IMG/VR virus record: IMGVR_UViG_3300003323_000851 | Coordinates: 1 to 64,000 of that record | From: a virus | Strand: one strand, 5' to 3' | Length of the DNA: 64,000 nucleotides | Shown: positions 15,767 to 25,723 of the stretch, in pieces | Numbering within the stretch: position 1 is the stretch's first letter | Layout of the letters: each line of letters begins with the position of its first letter | The notes under the pieces: model-generated | What the model was told of the DNA's origin: nothing | Databases searched by the model: none | Seen by the model: only the letters and a program-made list of their open reading frames with translations | Made by a program: the position numbers and the translations under genes

Positions 15767-17340
15767 TATGCGTTGCCTATTTGTCCTAAAATAAAGTAGT
15801 CGTTGCCATCTGCGGTATTGAACGATCCAACAGCAGATCCGTTGTTAGGTCCGTCTGTGAACACATTGGTAGCCGTAGTGCTGTTGTCCGCGCTGGCCGT
15901 TGCCGTGTATTCCAGTCCCCCCGGATTTACGATTACATCAATGTCATCTCCGTTGTTGGCACTGAACGACCCGGCATTATCGGACGATACAGAAACAACC
16001 GTTGAGCCATTGCGCGTGATGGTCATATCGCCAATGCCCCCGCCAGTCGAGAACTGCCATAGTATTTCGTTGGTCGTTCCTTCTGTTTCAAAGTCTACGC
16101 TGTTGTATCCGCTTTCGTTCCCCACAGCGCAAACCGATTTGACCCGGAACGTGTATGCCGTATCCGGATCGAGGCCGGTTAGATTCACGCTGAGCGACCC
16201 TGTTGTACCGGAATCAACAACCGTTACGCCTTCAAGGACCTGCCAAGCATAACCAGACCCTGGTGCAGGAGTTGGTGCCGTCCAGGTGGCTGTGGCCGTT
16301 GTCGTAGTTATCGAGCTCATCGACGGCGTTCCGGGCACATTACAACTTCCGGTCGTATTAAAATTGCCACTGCTGTAGCTGGATTCGCTCACCCCCGCCT
16401 CACACAGCGATTTTACCCGGAATGTATACGTCTCTCCGCCAATCAGACCCGTAAGGTTTACCGATGTGCTGCTGGTCGTGCCGGACGTAACCAGCACAGC
16501 GTCTTTGAACAGTTCCCATGCGTAGCCATCATCCGGCACAGGATCAGGCGGTGCCCAACTGGCGTTAGCCGTCGTAGCCGTAATGCTGGAGAAACTCACT
16601 GTACCCGGAGCGGTGCACGCTGGTGCAGGCTCGCCGCCGGGTTCTATTTCAAATACAAGATCGTTGCTTTCGCCGTCAATACCGTTTTCACACACCGCCC
16701 AGACGGTGACCGTATGCGGCCCTTCGGCCAGACCGCTCAGCGGAATATTACCGCTTGTACCGGGGCCGAATATCACCAGTCGCTCGCCGCCGTCAATACT
16801 GTATTCCAGCCTCGCCGCACCGCTCACGCCACTGTAGGCAATGAATGCCTGGATGCCGCTGTCGGGATCGCCGGCGGTGATTTCGATGGATTCGATGGTG
16901 GCTTCACAAATAGTGGTGCTGTCGGCAATGGTATAGGCGCCGTCCCCGGTCATTTCAAAGGCAGACGAGGCAAATCCCGTGGGAGCACCGGTCAGGGTGC
17001 TGGTTTCGATCAGGGCATTGCCAGTTATTGTGGTTACGAGTGCCGTCACGTCGTCAGTAAAGATCATCCGAAACGGAACGGCCAGCATTGGAAGTTGGTA
17101 TTCACGCAGCAGATAAATAGCCACCGGGCTTGTTTCCTGCAGTTCGATCAGTCCGTTCAGCGAAACAGAATACTGATGAGACTGGCCGCGCTTCTTTTTC
17201 CACACGCCGTCGCCCACAGTCCGCACGTCTTTCAGTTCGGTCGTGGTGGTTATGGAACAGGCAGTAGCGCACAGGAACGGGTAGTAGTCTCCGTCCTTTA
17301 GAATTGTAAGCAGTGCGTTTTTGCCTTTGATGTATGCCAT
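15766..17340 (-). CDS. tail-tip protein with tail-tube-like N-domain and Ig/FN3 repeats
   Basis: Two FN3 repeats: PGT.S.SSIT.TTA.A.W..P.P.P..GYAW......V..SGTT.S.SVNLTGL....YTFRVKS.C. The gene sits after the distal tail protein gene. Confidence 0.65.
   Translation of the reverse strand: MAYIKGKNALLTILKDGDYYPFLCATACSITTTTELKDVRTVGDGVWKKKRGQSHQYSVSLNGLIELQETSPVAIYLLREYQLPMLAVPFRMIFTDDVTALVTTITGNALIETSTLTGAPTGFASSAFEMTGDGAYTIADSTTICEATIESIEITAGDPDSGIQAFIAYSGVSGAARLEYSIDGGERLVIFGPGTSGNIPLSGLAEGPHTVTVWAVCENGIDGESNDLVFEIEPGGEPAPACTAPGTVSFSSITATTANASWAPPDPVPDDGYAWELFKDAVLVTSGTTSSTSVNLTGLIGGETYTFRVKSLCEAGVSESSYSSGNFNTTGSCNVPGTPSMSSITTTTATATWTAPTPAPGSGYAWQVLEGVTVVDSGTTGSLSVNLTGLDPDTAYTFRVKSVCAVGNESGYNSVDFETEGTTNEILWQFSTGGGIGDMTITRNGSTVVSVSSDNAGSFSANNGDDIDVIVNPGGLEYTATASADNSTTATNVFTDGPNNGSAVGSFNTADGNDYFILGQIGNA
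16081..16611 (-). repeat. tandem FN3-domain repeat (2 copies) inside the CDS
   Basis: aa 244-330 and aa 335-420 align over their whole length. Similarity is high by eye; identity was not computed. Confidence 0.7.
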
Positions 17341-19403
17341 TACCTTGCTTGACCGAATATGTAATTAAATTCTTGTGCGTCTGCATCCTGCGTCCCGTCG
17401 TCCTCACTTGCGTAAACCTCTTCAAATGTCGCTTTTATATCGCCTGTGCCCAAGTCCATAGACAGGGTTGTTAAGATGAATTGCCGCGGTGTGGATAAAT
17501 CGCTGAACAGGTAGTTCTTGTGGTAGCTAACTGGTTGTAGCGCTGTCGGCACGTTCACTGGACTGTACAAGAGTCCCGTAAAAGACCCCTCTATCCGGTA
17601 AAAGCGCCTGTAGCCCAGATTGAAACGCGCACGGTCTACATACTCTTTAAAGTGGTAGTATATCGGCATTGGCCCGCCCGGCTCCTGGTAATAATACCAC
17701 TGTGGCAAAGTAGCGGTTACTCCATCCGCATTGAACAGGCAGCCTTGCAGCACACGTATGATGGTGTCTGATATTTCAATATCTGCTTCGTCTTTGTCGA
17801 GCTGGTTGGCAGTCTGGGTGTGTTGCCAGTAGTCGCCGGAAACCGGGATGTAGCCGCCCCCCACGAACGGTATATACTCCATACTCAACCCTTTGTAAGC
17901 GGAATAAGTATTATCTCCCAAGGCCACCGAAGTCCACATGAGTATGTATAACGTACCTTGTACCGGGCTGACCGGCGACTCAACGCCTATGGACTGCGGC
18001 AACGTCAGGTCGCCATTGGGTGTGGTATAAATGCCAATCATGTCTACTCCGGCGGTTTCCCACTTTACCTCTGTCGTAAGGCCGCTTTTGCTACGTAGTG
18101 TATATTTTGTACCGGTGCCGTCTTCGATAATGTAGGGCGTAAGTTGTACGGGTACGGGATCGCCTGTGCCCAGATCAACCGATGCGCGCCAGTCAAAATT
18201 AAAACGTACTTTGTCGCCAATGTTGATCGGTATTCCTTCTGATTGCACGTAGCGGCCGCCGGCTGCTGTACCACGTTCAATAATCACCTCACGCTTCAAC
18301 TCTACCCCATAAATATTAAACGTAGATCTGCGATACCAGGGGTCCGGGTTGGCTACAGTCGTTGCGGGCAGGTTGGCAAATTCCGTAGGGTTACCCTGCC
18401 ACGTCCCGCTTGTCCAATCATCAATACTGTAATCCACATACGGGTTGCCATCCCCATCAGTCCCGCTGCCGATTTGTGTACCCCGCGAAAATTTGTTGTT
18501 TAGCGGAATCTCCGGCCATACCTTGTATTGGTAGTTTGTCTTTGCATATTTTATCGCAAACGATGACGACGCGAGTCCGTCCTCTTTGATCGGGTAAATA
18601 GCTTCCGCCTTTCCAACACTGGCATACCCTTCGGTATCTTCGGCACCACCGATCAACGTCCCATCGCTGGCGAAATCGGTATAGAACAGTCCATCCGGTG
18701 CGTATTGATGCTCCGGTGTGAAAAATACCACCCACATGCCGTTGAAGTAGAACAAGCGGCTATGTCTGAATAGCAGTTTTACGATAGTTTCGTAGCAGCT
18801 TATAAAGGTAGTGGGGTCTTTCTGTAACGTCCGGTGATCAATCTTCACCTGGTTCCAGTAGGTGGCGTCAATATCCGCTGCCCGGTCGACCATATCAATG
18901 TTGTACAGGCTGCCGTAGATCCTGACATTCAGCTCCAGTCCCGTCTTTAACAGAGCAGCGCACAGAACATCCGACAGCGTGTATTTCCCCTTGATTGTCT
19001 CGCCCGCCAAGCCGGTAAACGCCACGTCTTTCAGCAACTTCAGTCCGTTGGTGGCCCGTAGCGTTACCTCATAGGGCTTGGGCAAAAACGGGCTGCTGCC
19101 TTCTTCCGGCGTCAGATAACCTTCAAAGAATTTAAGTGTGTCAACAGTCACCAGCACTTGCCATTCATCGTAGCTGCCGGCCAGAAACGTTTCCCATGTG
19201 ATGGGCGTAGCATCATCGGCCCAAATAGACAGTTTTGCCTCGCGTGCAATCACTGTGTTTTCATCGCTGGAATCAGTCAGTTCCAACTTGCTCGTAATGA
19301 AAGTATCCGGATCGCCTACGTAGTCTTTTTGTGACAGGCTGACCGTAACAGTCTGTTCCTGCTCGTTGCTGAATATGCTTTGGTATCGTAGTCCGTAAGC
19401 CAT
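17340..19403 (-). CDS. distal tail / baseplate protein (large Dit-position protein)
   Basis: 687 aa, directly downstream of the tape measure gene, sharing 1 nt with the neighbouring gene at each end. Confidence 0.6.
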   Translation of the reverse strand: MAYGLRYQSIFSNEQEQTVTVSLSQKDYVGDPDTFITSKLELTDSSDENTVIAREAKLSIWADDATPITWETFLAGSYDEWQVLVTVDTLKFFEGYLTPEEGSSPFLPKPYEVTLRATNGLKLLKDVAFTGLAGETIKGKYTLSDVLCAALLKTGLELNVRIYGSLYNIDMVDRAADIDATYWNQVKIDHRTLQKDPTTFISCYETIVKLLFRHSRLFYFNGMWVVFFTPEHQYAPDGLFYTDFASDGTLIGGAEDTEGYASVGKAEAIYPIKEDGLASSSFAIKYAKTNYQYKVWPEIPLNNKFSRGTQIGSGTDGDGNPYVDYSIDDWTSGTWQGNPTEFANLPATTVANPDPWYRRSTFNIYGVELKREVIIERGTAAGGRYVQSEGIPINIGDKVRFNFDWRASVDLGTGDPVPVQLTPYIIEDGTGTKYTLRSKSGLTTEVKWETAGVDMIGIYTTPNGDLTLPQSIGVESPVSPVQGTLYILMWTSVALGDNTYSAYKGLSMEYIPFVGGGYIPVSGDYWQHTQTANQLDKDEADIEISDTIIRVLQGCLFNADGVTATLPQWYYYQEPGGPMPIYYHFKEYVDRARFNLGYRRFYRIEGSFTGLLYSPVNVPTALQPVSYHKNYLFSDLSTPRQFILTTLSMDLGTGDIKATFEEVYASEDDGTQDADAQEFNYIFGQAR

Positions 19404-21634
19404 TAAATCCGCCTCCTGCGGCCTCCTACGCGGTTGTAGCTCGTATAAATATCTTCGCCCCGTATTTCACTTGTTGCGATGAATACAGCGCCTGCGTTCA
19501 GCTCCCCCAGCCTGTTATTCGGTATCACATCACTGCCAGATGGTAGCCGCACCAGTTCCGGCCCGCGTTCGCCTACCAGGGCCAGGCCGCCGGTGAAGCC
19601 GGTAACGCCGTCGGCGAAGCCGGGAACATTAAACTTGATATTTTTTAGTAGTCCGCCAAAAGCAACCAAAGCCAAGCCGGCACCTATACCAGCAGAAGCG
19701 CCTCCGGGAGTAAACAACTTGTCCAGAATACCTTTTAGCGCTTTAACGAGTGTAGATGTAACGATTACTTTTTTGCCGACTTCTTGTAATACACCACCGA
19801 TAATTGAAAACAGATTTTGAGCGCCCGCGGCCAAAACGGCACCAAATCCTTCGCCGCCAAAAATACCGGCCACGACTGCGCCTAAAGTGTCTCCTACTGA
19901 CACTAATCCTTCTACGGCTCCGTTAAGAATCGTTTCTTTTATTGAGTTGGCGAGATCGATCTGTAAGCCCGCCAGTTTCAACGCCGCATTTTCTCGGATA
20001 GCCTTGATGATTGGGTCGAAGGCGTCGGCGGGGATTGTGTCACCAATAGCGCCTGCGACGTCAATAGGGGCCTGCTCGATTTCTATTGGCAATTGTAACT
20101 TCACTGCCTTAGCTTCACCGCCGGCAAATTCCTTTTCTATCAAGGCTTGCACCTGTTCTTCAATCTCGCTGGCCGTAAAACCCAGTTGTATGCCATCGCG
20201 CCGGGCCAGTTCTATTTGTAACCGTACAAGCTCTTCGCGCTGCAACAAACTAAGCCCGGTTAAATCCTTTAGTTCTTTCAATGCAGCAATGCGCTGTTTA
20301 AGGGCGTCTGTTTCTTTTTTCTGCGCATCCGCGCCGCGCGGGTCTCTGAATTTAAGCAACTCTATTTGTGCGTCTTCCAGTGAATTGCGCAACTCATTAA
20401 ATCGTTGAGAGAGCGGATCAAGTATTTCTTCTTGTGCTTTTAGGTCACGCTCCAGCCCCCGGAATTTTGATCGGGCCTTTTCAATAGCGCCGCCAAATTC
20501 AAATATTACCCTACCGTTGGCGTCCAATTTGCGTTCGAGGCCATTGTCTTTAGCAAATTGGTTCAGATTATCACGAAGCAACTGTACAGCCTGACGTTGT
20601 TTTATATAGGCTGCGCCTACTTTACCTATCTCGCTTACTAATTCTTGAACGATTGCCTGCTGCGTAATCGCCTTTACATATTCATTAGTAGCATCTGTCA
20701 GCGCCCTCAGCCCCTCTTCTGTTAGGGTAATCCCATTAAAATATTCCTTACTAATAGACTTCAGTTTCTCCAGTGCATTGCCTCGCTGTGTCTGTGACAG
20801 GGTTTCATCTCTTACGGCGGAAGCCAACGCCTGTATCTGAATAATATTTCCCTGTACGCCTCCTATGGCCGCGAAACCTGCTGCAGTAGCGTCTTTCGAT
20901 GCTTTTAGTGCTTCGGTAAATTCATCGGTCGCCTCCTTGGCTTCTTTGGTTTTTTTATTGAAACCGGCGATACCATTTTGATAGATGGTAAATGCAGACG
21001 TAACGATAGAAACCGCCAGACCCAATGCTCCAAAACCCTTTACAGATGACAATAGCAATGAGCCTACAGACTTACCGGATGCCTGTGCGGCAACAGAAAG
21101 ATTTTGTAATGAACCGGGAATCTGTTGAATGTTATTACCTATACCTACTAAGCCGAAAGGTAAGTCAGCTATGATCCTACTAAAATCGGTTACAACTGCG
21201 TTTGCAGAACTGCTGGCCTTTTTGAACTTATCCAAACCAGCGGCGGCAGCAGTAGCAGCAGGGCCGACGCCTTTTAATTGATCACCCAGTTCTATCTTTA
21301 TGCGTGGAATAGCAAAACCCGATTTGAGGTCGGCTTTTAGATTGGCAACCGCACTTTTTAGTTGCGAAATATCCTGCAACGGTGCGCGACCTGCGATGTT
21401 GGAAATACTTGCAGCAGCGGCATTACTTGCCGCATCCAGCGACCTGAATGTTTCCGCGGTCTGATCTACGTTTTTGCGTAAACGGTCTAATCCCGCACTG
21501 GCACGATCTGTAGCAGGGCCGAGCTTGCTCATGTCGGAACTGGTGGTACGCGCTTCATTGCCAAGATCGCGCAAGCCCTGCACCGCGCCCGCCACATCGG
21601 CCCCAACTGATATACGAAGTCCCGGATTTGCCAT
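19403..21634 (-). CDS. tail tape measure protein
   Basis: 743 aa, Ala-rich and helical. C-terminal GGLALVGERGPELVRLPSGSDVIPN motif. Located after the G/GT chaperone genes. Confidence 0.85.
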   Translation of the reverse strand: MANPGLRISVGADVAGAVQGLRDLGNEARTTSSDMSKLGPATDRASAGLDRLRKNVDQTAETFRSLDAASNAAAASISNIAGRAPLQDISQLKSAVANLKADLKSGFAIPRIKIELGDQLKGVGPAATAAAAGLDKFKKASSSANAVVTDFSRIIADLPFGLVGIGNNIQQIPGSLQNLSVAAQASGKSVGSLLLSSVKGFGALGLAVSIVTSAFTIYQNGIAGFNKKTKEAKEATDEFTEALKASKDATAAGFAAIGGVQGNIIQIQALASAVRDETLSQTQRGNALEKLKSISKEYFNGITLTEEGLRALTDATNEYVKAITQQAIVQELVSEIGKVGAAYIKQRQAVQLLRDNLNQFAKDNGLERKLDANGRVIFEFGGAIEKARSKFRGLERDLKAQEEILDPLSQRFNELRNSLEDAQIELLKFRDPRGADAQKKETDALKQRIAALKELKDLTGLSLLQREELVRLQIELARRDGIQLGFTASEIEEQVQALIEKEFAGGEAKAVKLQLPIEIEQAPIDVAGAIGDTIPADAFDPIIKAIRENAALKLAGLQIDLANSIKETILNGAVEGLVSVGDTLGAVVAGIFGGEGFGAVLAAGAQNLFSIIGGVLQEVGKKVIVTSTLVKALKGILDKLFTPGGASAGIGAGLALVAFGGLLKNIKFNVPGFADGVTGFTGGLALVGERGPELVRLPSGSDVIPNNRLGELNAGAVFIATSEIRGEDIYTSYNRVGGRRRRI

Positions 21635-21900
21635 TACGCTTGTGCATTAGGTTTTAAAAGCCCCATTCTTGTGTATTGTTCGATGGCTGCCAGTGCCTCT
21701 TTTTCCAGTTGTGCTACGTCTGTCACTTCATCACCTGGCAGCGGAAGGAAGTCAACGATAGAAAGGTTCTGATTCTTCAAGTGCGGCTTCAGCGCCATGA
21801 AGGCCATGAAACGCGCCTGCCGCCAATTTTCCAGGTTCAGCTCTTTCGTTAGTTCAGTCTTGCGCTCATGCCCCTGCCGCATCAAATCATACTGCCTCAT
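21634..21900 (-). CDS. T portion of the tail assembly chaperone GT (reached by -1 frameshift from 21927..22358)
   Basis: The -1 frame is open without stops from the slippery site at 21984-21990 into this ORF. Confidence 0.7.
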   Translation of the reverse strand: MRQYDLMRQGHERKTELTKELNLENWRQARFMAFMALKPHLKNQNLSIVDFLPLPGDEVTDVAQLEKEALAAIEQYTRMGLLKPNAQA

Positions 21901-21926
21901 GGTGAGTCGGTAATACTCCTGCGGCT

Positions 21927-22358
21927 TCAGCCCAAGTTCTCCGTAGCAGAAGGATTCGATGGCGTCCCAGTCAACTGGTTCGTCTTTTTTTTTATCTCTT
22001 CCGTAGCGGCCTCAATTTGTTTGATCTGCTTTTTAGTGTGGCGACTGTTGGCGTAGCATTGGGCTACTTCGTTCAGCGTCCGTTCGCCTTCCGGGTCACC
22101 TACACAATCCTCCACAAACGCAAAGAAGTAGTCAAACGTTTTGTCCGGTGCTTTATCGGACGCCATACAGGCGTTTACGTAGCCCGCATAAATCAGGTGC
22201 GTAATCCCCTGCTCGTTGATCGTTTCGCCAGTCAGCATTGCCGGGCTTTCGGCCAGTTTCGCTATGATCGCCCTGTTAGCCGGCATCCCAAACCGCAGCG
22301 GAATAGTAACGCCTTCCACAACAATATTGCAGATGCCCGTATCGTTGATATTGGTCAT
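21927..22358 (-). CDS. tail assembly chaperone G
   Basis: 143 aa, between the major tail and tape measure genes, with a slippery site near its 3' end. Confidence 0.75.
   Translation of the reverse strand: MTNINDTGICNIVVEGVTIPLRFGMPANRAIIAKLAESPAMLTGETINEQGITHLIYAGYVNACMASDKAPDKTFDYFFAFVEDCVGDPEGERTLNEVAQCYANSRHTKKQIKQIEAATEEIKKKTNQLTGTPSNPSATENLG
21984..21990 (-). other. programmed -1 ribosomal frameshift slippery heptamer A_AAA_AAG
   Basis: The minus strand reads ATA AAA AAA AAG ACG in the G frame. It lies within the T9 run at 21985-21993 on the plus strand. Confidence 0.7.
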
Positions 22359-22359
22359 A

Positions 22360-22785
22360 CTATGGGGTTATGTCAATAGTACCAATCCCGGTGAGGGTGA
22401 ACGTAAACTGTATCACTTGGGATGTTTGGAACTGAAGTTCCAGATCAGTTACATACGCTGAACCCTGGTGGTAGAAATGCACCCCGATTGAACCGGTACC
22501 CGGATATTGACAACGGAATAGCACGGTCTCTTCGTTTTTCCAGGCAGTTAGCAGCCGGTTATAGGTCACCTGCGAACTGGTTGGGTTCGTGCTACATACG
22601 GCTGTGCCATTGGGGTTGAATGTTTCTGATCCTAAGCCAACCTCTGTACCGCAGAATGTCTCTGTGACATTGGTTGCCTTCGACAGCGGCATGTTGTACT
22701 GGTTCAGACACACCAACGTCTGGTATGTGCTGCCGTTGTTAAAGGATAGTTCCAGGGGAACAAGTGTTGATTGTATGCCCGCCAT
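22360..22785 (-). CDS. major tail (tube) protein
   Basis: 141 aa and beta-rich, in the canonical position upstream of G/GT. Confidence 0.7.
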   Translation of the reverse strand: MAGIQSTLVPLELSFNNGSTYQTLVCLNQYNMPLSKATNVTETFCGTEVGLGSETFNPNGTAVCSTNPTSSQVTYNRLLTAWKNEETVLFRCQYPGTGSIGVHFYHQGSAYVTDLELQFQTSQVIQFTFTLTGIGTIDITP

Positions 22786-22788
22786 CTT

Positions 22789-23217
22789 TTATAGTTTTAT
22801 AAGTGTTTGACGAAATATTAATATCTTTTCTACGACTGTTCTGCTTTTAGCCAACGTCCATGTTGAATACTGCGCCGATTCCAACCGGCAGTTAAGTATC
22901 TGCCACCCTTCATACTCCACACCAGCAACGAGCGCTGTTGTAAGTAGGCCTTCAATTTGTTCACTCACATCATCGGTCGTATCCTTACTGATAGTATCCT
23001 GCTGCTTGTTCACAATCCGCAGCTGTATGGTCGTGTCCCACTGGTTGTTGCAGAAATTCTCCACGAACTGAGCCGTCTGATCTTCCAGCAACACATAGAT
23101 GTTATTGGTCTCATCTTCGGCCTTGTCGTCCCATATTGAAACCGGGGCGAGTTCATACGTCACATTGCCGTCGATGATCTCAAACACCTTCAGTCTTATG
23201 GCTTTTTCCCGGTTCAT
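22789..23217 (-). CDS. tail completion / tail terminator protein (DUF3168-like)
   Basis: 142 aa, positioned between the gp10-like protein and the tube protein. Confidence 0.55.
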   Translation of the reverse strand: MNREKAIRLKVFEIIDGNVTYELAPVSIWDDKAEDETNNIYVLLEDQTAQFVENFCNNQWDTTIQLRIVNKQQDTISKDTTDDVSEQIEGLLTTALVAGVEYEGWQILNCRLESAQYSTWTLAKSRTVVEKILIFRQTLIKL

Positions 23218-23762
23218 ATATCGTTGATCACTGCTTCAATATGTTTCAAAATGATCGGTTCTTCCTGCTTCAACCCGTCAAAGAAAAACGGCTGCGGTTT
23301 CACACCATACTTCAGGATATGGATCATAATAATGCGGGCCGTTTCGTCCAGCGTCAGGTTGCGACCGGCACCGCTGAATTTGATGGTATTCCTACGCACC
23401 CAACCGGTGATCGCTTTCAGGAAATCAGCCAGCGTGCCCCCTTTGTAACCTTTGAACTGCGCCGCGTAGGCTGCCAGTTCCGGCGGTATCTGTGCTTTGC
23501 TTTTCGTTCCCCACTCGACAAACGCGCTATAGAAAGCCGCTGACACTACATCGTACTGCGTCTTACTGATCTCCTGCACCGAGATGCTCCGGGCAATACC
23601 TCCTTCGCCTTTCGGCACCTTCCTGAGCGCCCTGCCTGCAATCCTGTCCGCGCCGTCTTTCAATTCACGCTGCACTTCCTGCACCAATGTTGACGGCGCT
23701 TTATCTAATCGGGCAAACAGTTCCCGAAATCCTTTCACGTCAAAGGTCAGCGTTTCTGCCAT
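23214..23762 (-). CDS. HK97 gp10-family neck/tail component
   Basis: MAETLTFDVKGFRELFARLDKAP...ELKDGADRIAGRALRKVP is the typical gp10-like N-terminus. Confidence 0.6.
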   Translation of the reverse strand: MAETLTFDVKGFRELFARLDKAPSTLVQEVQRELKDGADRIAGRALRKVPKGEGGIARSISVQEISKTQYDVVSAAFYSAFVEWGTKSKAQIPPELAAYAAQFKGYKGGTLADFLKAITGWVRRNTIKFSGAGRNLTLDETARIIMIHILKYGVKPQPFFFDGLKQEEPIILKHIEAVINDI

Positions 23763-24103
23763 CAGCGTTCTTCATTCAGCACAAAATAGTAATACCGTAA
23801 TTTTTGATCTATCAGTTCAAAGCTATCAATAGTAAAGAACATATTGTCGATCACTACCTTGACACTTTTCCCCAAGTCGTTGGTAAGTGTGTTTTCAAAC
23901 CGCACGAACAACTCCCACTGTGACTCCAGTAATGCCTCACCGAACGATTGCGACCGGTTGCCGCGCTTCTTACGCAGCATGCCACGGGTGGTGCACAGAA
24001 TGTCGTAGTCGTCTTTCTTACCTGCACCAAGCTGCGTCGGGCTGTTCTTCTCGAACCGCACGATCTGGCGTAGCTTCCCTATTTCCGGCGCTTTCACAGC
24101 CAT
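23762..24103 (-). CDS. head closure / head-tail adaptor protein
   Basis: 113 aa, called on size and position. IGKLRQIVRFEK...DDYDILCTTRGMLRKKRG resembles head-tail joining proteins. Confidence 0.6.
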   Translation of the reverse strand: MAVKAPEIGKLRQIVRFEKNSPTQLGAGKKDDYDILCTTRGMLRKKRGNRSQSFGEALLESQWELFVRFENTLTNDLGKSVKVVIDNMFFTIDSFELIDQKLRYYYFVLNEER

Positions 24104-24663
24104 GACATGACTTTATATTTTGATGCGAATAATTCCAGCGCCTCATCCAGCGATTTAGCCCGATCGGCCCCGTTTTGCAGGCTTGTCAGCGCCTCATCCC
24201 CCCGATGTTCGTACAGGTAGGCAATGATCCGGAGCAGGTCCAGCTTCAGCGATGCATTCGACACCATATCCATCGGACCCGCCGTATAAGTCACCCGGAA
24301 CCGGCCGGCCGCAGCCAGGCACAAAAGATTGCCGTCAAGCGTATAGTCAATATACGCCTCGTACACCGTTCCATTCCGGTAAGTAACGCCCGTAATAGCC
24401 GCAACTGGCCCGTACGGAAGTTCCTGATCGGTATATATGTCGGCCTGCATGACCAGCGTCTTGGCCACCATGCTGATGTTGCAGAACATCTCCACTCCGC
24501 TGCGTGCCTGGCTGATCAGGGCAGTGATCTTCGTGTCGTCGTCATTGAACGTAATGTTCAGCCAGTCTTTCACCTCGTCCAATGTCACCGGTTCTGTCAC
24601 ATCGGGCGCCACAGTAGGCGTAATGCTGTAGATGCAGTTGGGCTTATACCGGCAGCTATACAT
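24094..24663 (-). CDS. head-tail connector protein (gp6-like)
   Basis: VTLDEVKDWLNITFNDDDTKITALISQARSGVEMFCN is the typical gp6-like connector N-terminus. Confidence 0.65.
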   Translation of the reverse strand: MYSCRYKPNCIYSITPTVAPDVTEPVTLDEVKDWLNITFNDDDTKITALISQARSGVEMFCNISMVAKTLVMQADIYTDQELPYGPVAAITGVTYRNGTVYEAYIDYTLDGNLLCLAAAGRFRVTYTAGPMDMVSNASLKLDLLRIIAYLYEHRGDEALTSLQNGADRAKSLDEALELFASKYKVMSWL

Positions 24664-25723
24664 AGTTGATGCGGGGTTGAGGTTTCGGTATTTTGTTTCG
24701 GGCCGCGTTGATAATGAAATCTTCCAGATCGTTTAGCCGGTGCACGGGGTCAAGTTCACGCGACCTGTCACGGCACTTCGCCGACTGTTTGGCGTACCGT
24801 TTCAGGTCATCCAGCGCCCGGATTTGCTTCACCAGCGGCTCAATATCGTAGGAATCGCCATCGTCGCTCAGAACAGTCCCTGTGCGCTTGTCGCGGTCAA
24901 TAGGACCGCGTTCGGGGATGTACAGGCCTGCTTTGCCACAGTTTTCTTTCAGGCCGGATGTTGGCGTACAGATCACAGGGATACCGTTACACATAGCCTC
25001 TGTTGCTGTTCTACCCCACGATTCGTAGCGGGAGGGCATGATCAGGATACGGGTTTGCCGGTAAACATCCAGCACATTCGGGTCATTGGGTCTGATCGTT
25101 ACGTTGCTGGGTTGGTCCACCACCTGACCGATCTGCGCAGGTTCGCTGTAGGCGCCGCGGACGCCGAGGAACTTCTTATCAGGCATGGCTGAAGCCAACC
25201 GGCGCAGGATCTTACCGCCTTTGTTCTCATCCAGATTGATCAGGGTAATGTATTCATTCTTGCCGGGGTCGGAGCATACGTCGTATTTGCGCCAATCGCA
25301 GGGCGGCGTGAATACCATTGAAGGGTGCTTATAGTTCAGTTCCTTCGCAATCCACTCGCTGTTATACACCACATAATTGTGCCTGCGGGCGTTGATCACG
25401 CTATCGTAGGGGTACGAGTTGTGCACAAAGTTGATCACCGGCCGTTCAACGATCTGGCCCATCTGTATCGCGTGTTGCGTAAAGTCCAGGTGCGTCATGA
25501 TCACATCGGCCCAACGGTAACCATCAACCTGCGTGGCGGGGCCAACCACTTGCACGCCCTCGTATTCATAGGGAACACGGATATTGTGCATACCGGCCTG
25601 CATTAGCATGATACGGACTTGGTGGCCTTTGCTGATAAGGAATTTGTTGATCTCGTGCAGCATCGCCTCGCTTCCACAAGCGTGATGAGGCAAATACAGG
25701 TGTATGACGGCGAGTATTCTCAT
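24656..25723 (-). CDS. GT-B fold glycosyltransferase (GT4-like)
   Basis: MRILAVIHLYLPHHACGSE at the N-terminus. EX7E region LIMPSRYESWGRTATEAMCNGIPVICT. Confidence 0.8.
   Translation of the reverse strand: MRILAVIHLYLPHHACGSEAMLHEINKFLISKGHQVRIMLMQAGMHNIRVPYEYEGVQVVGPATQVDGYRWADVIMTHLDFTQHAIQMGQIVERPVINFVHNSYPYDSVINARRHNYVVYNSEWIAKELNYKHPSMVFTPPCDWRKYDVCSDPGKNEYITLINLDENKGGKILRRLASAMPDKKFLGVRGAYSEPAQIGQVVDQPSNVTIRPNDPNVLDVYRQTRILIMPSRYESWGRTATEAMCNGIPVICTPTSGLKENCGKAGLYIPERGPIDRDKRTGTVLSDDGDSYDIEPLVKQIRALDDLKRYAKQSAKCRDRSRELDPVHRLNDLEDFIINAARNKIPKPQPRINYV

Noticed and set aside
13116-20408. Plus-strand ORFs inside the fibre, FN3, distal tail and tape-measure genes (13116..13568, 15401..15745, 16714..17301, 19479..19820, 19887..20408)
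   Set aside because: They are antisense to long structural genes with clear domain signatures, and their sequence is low-complexity.
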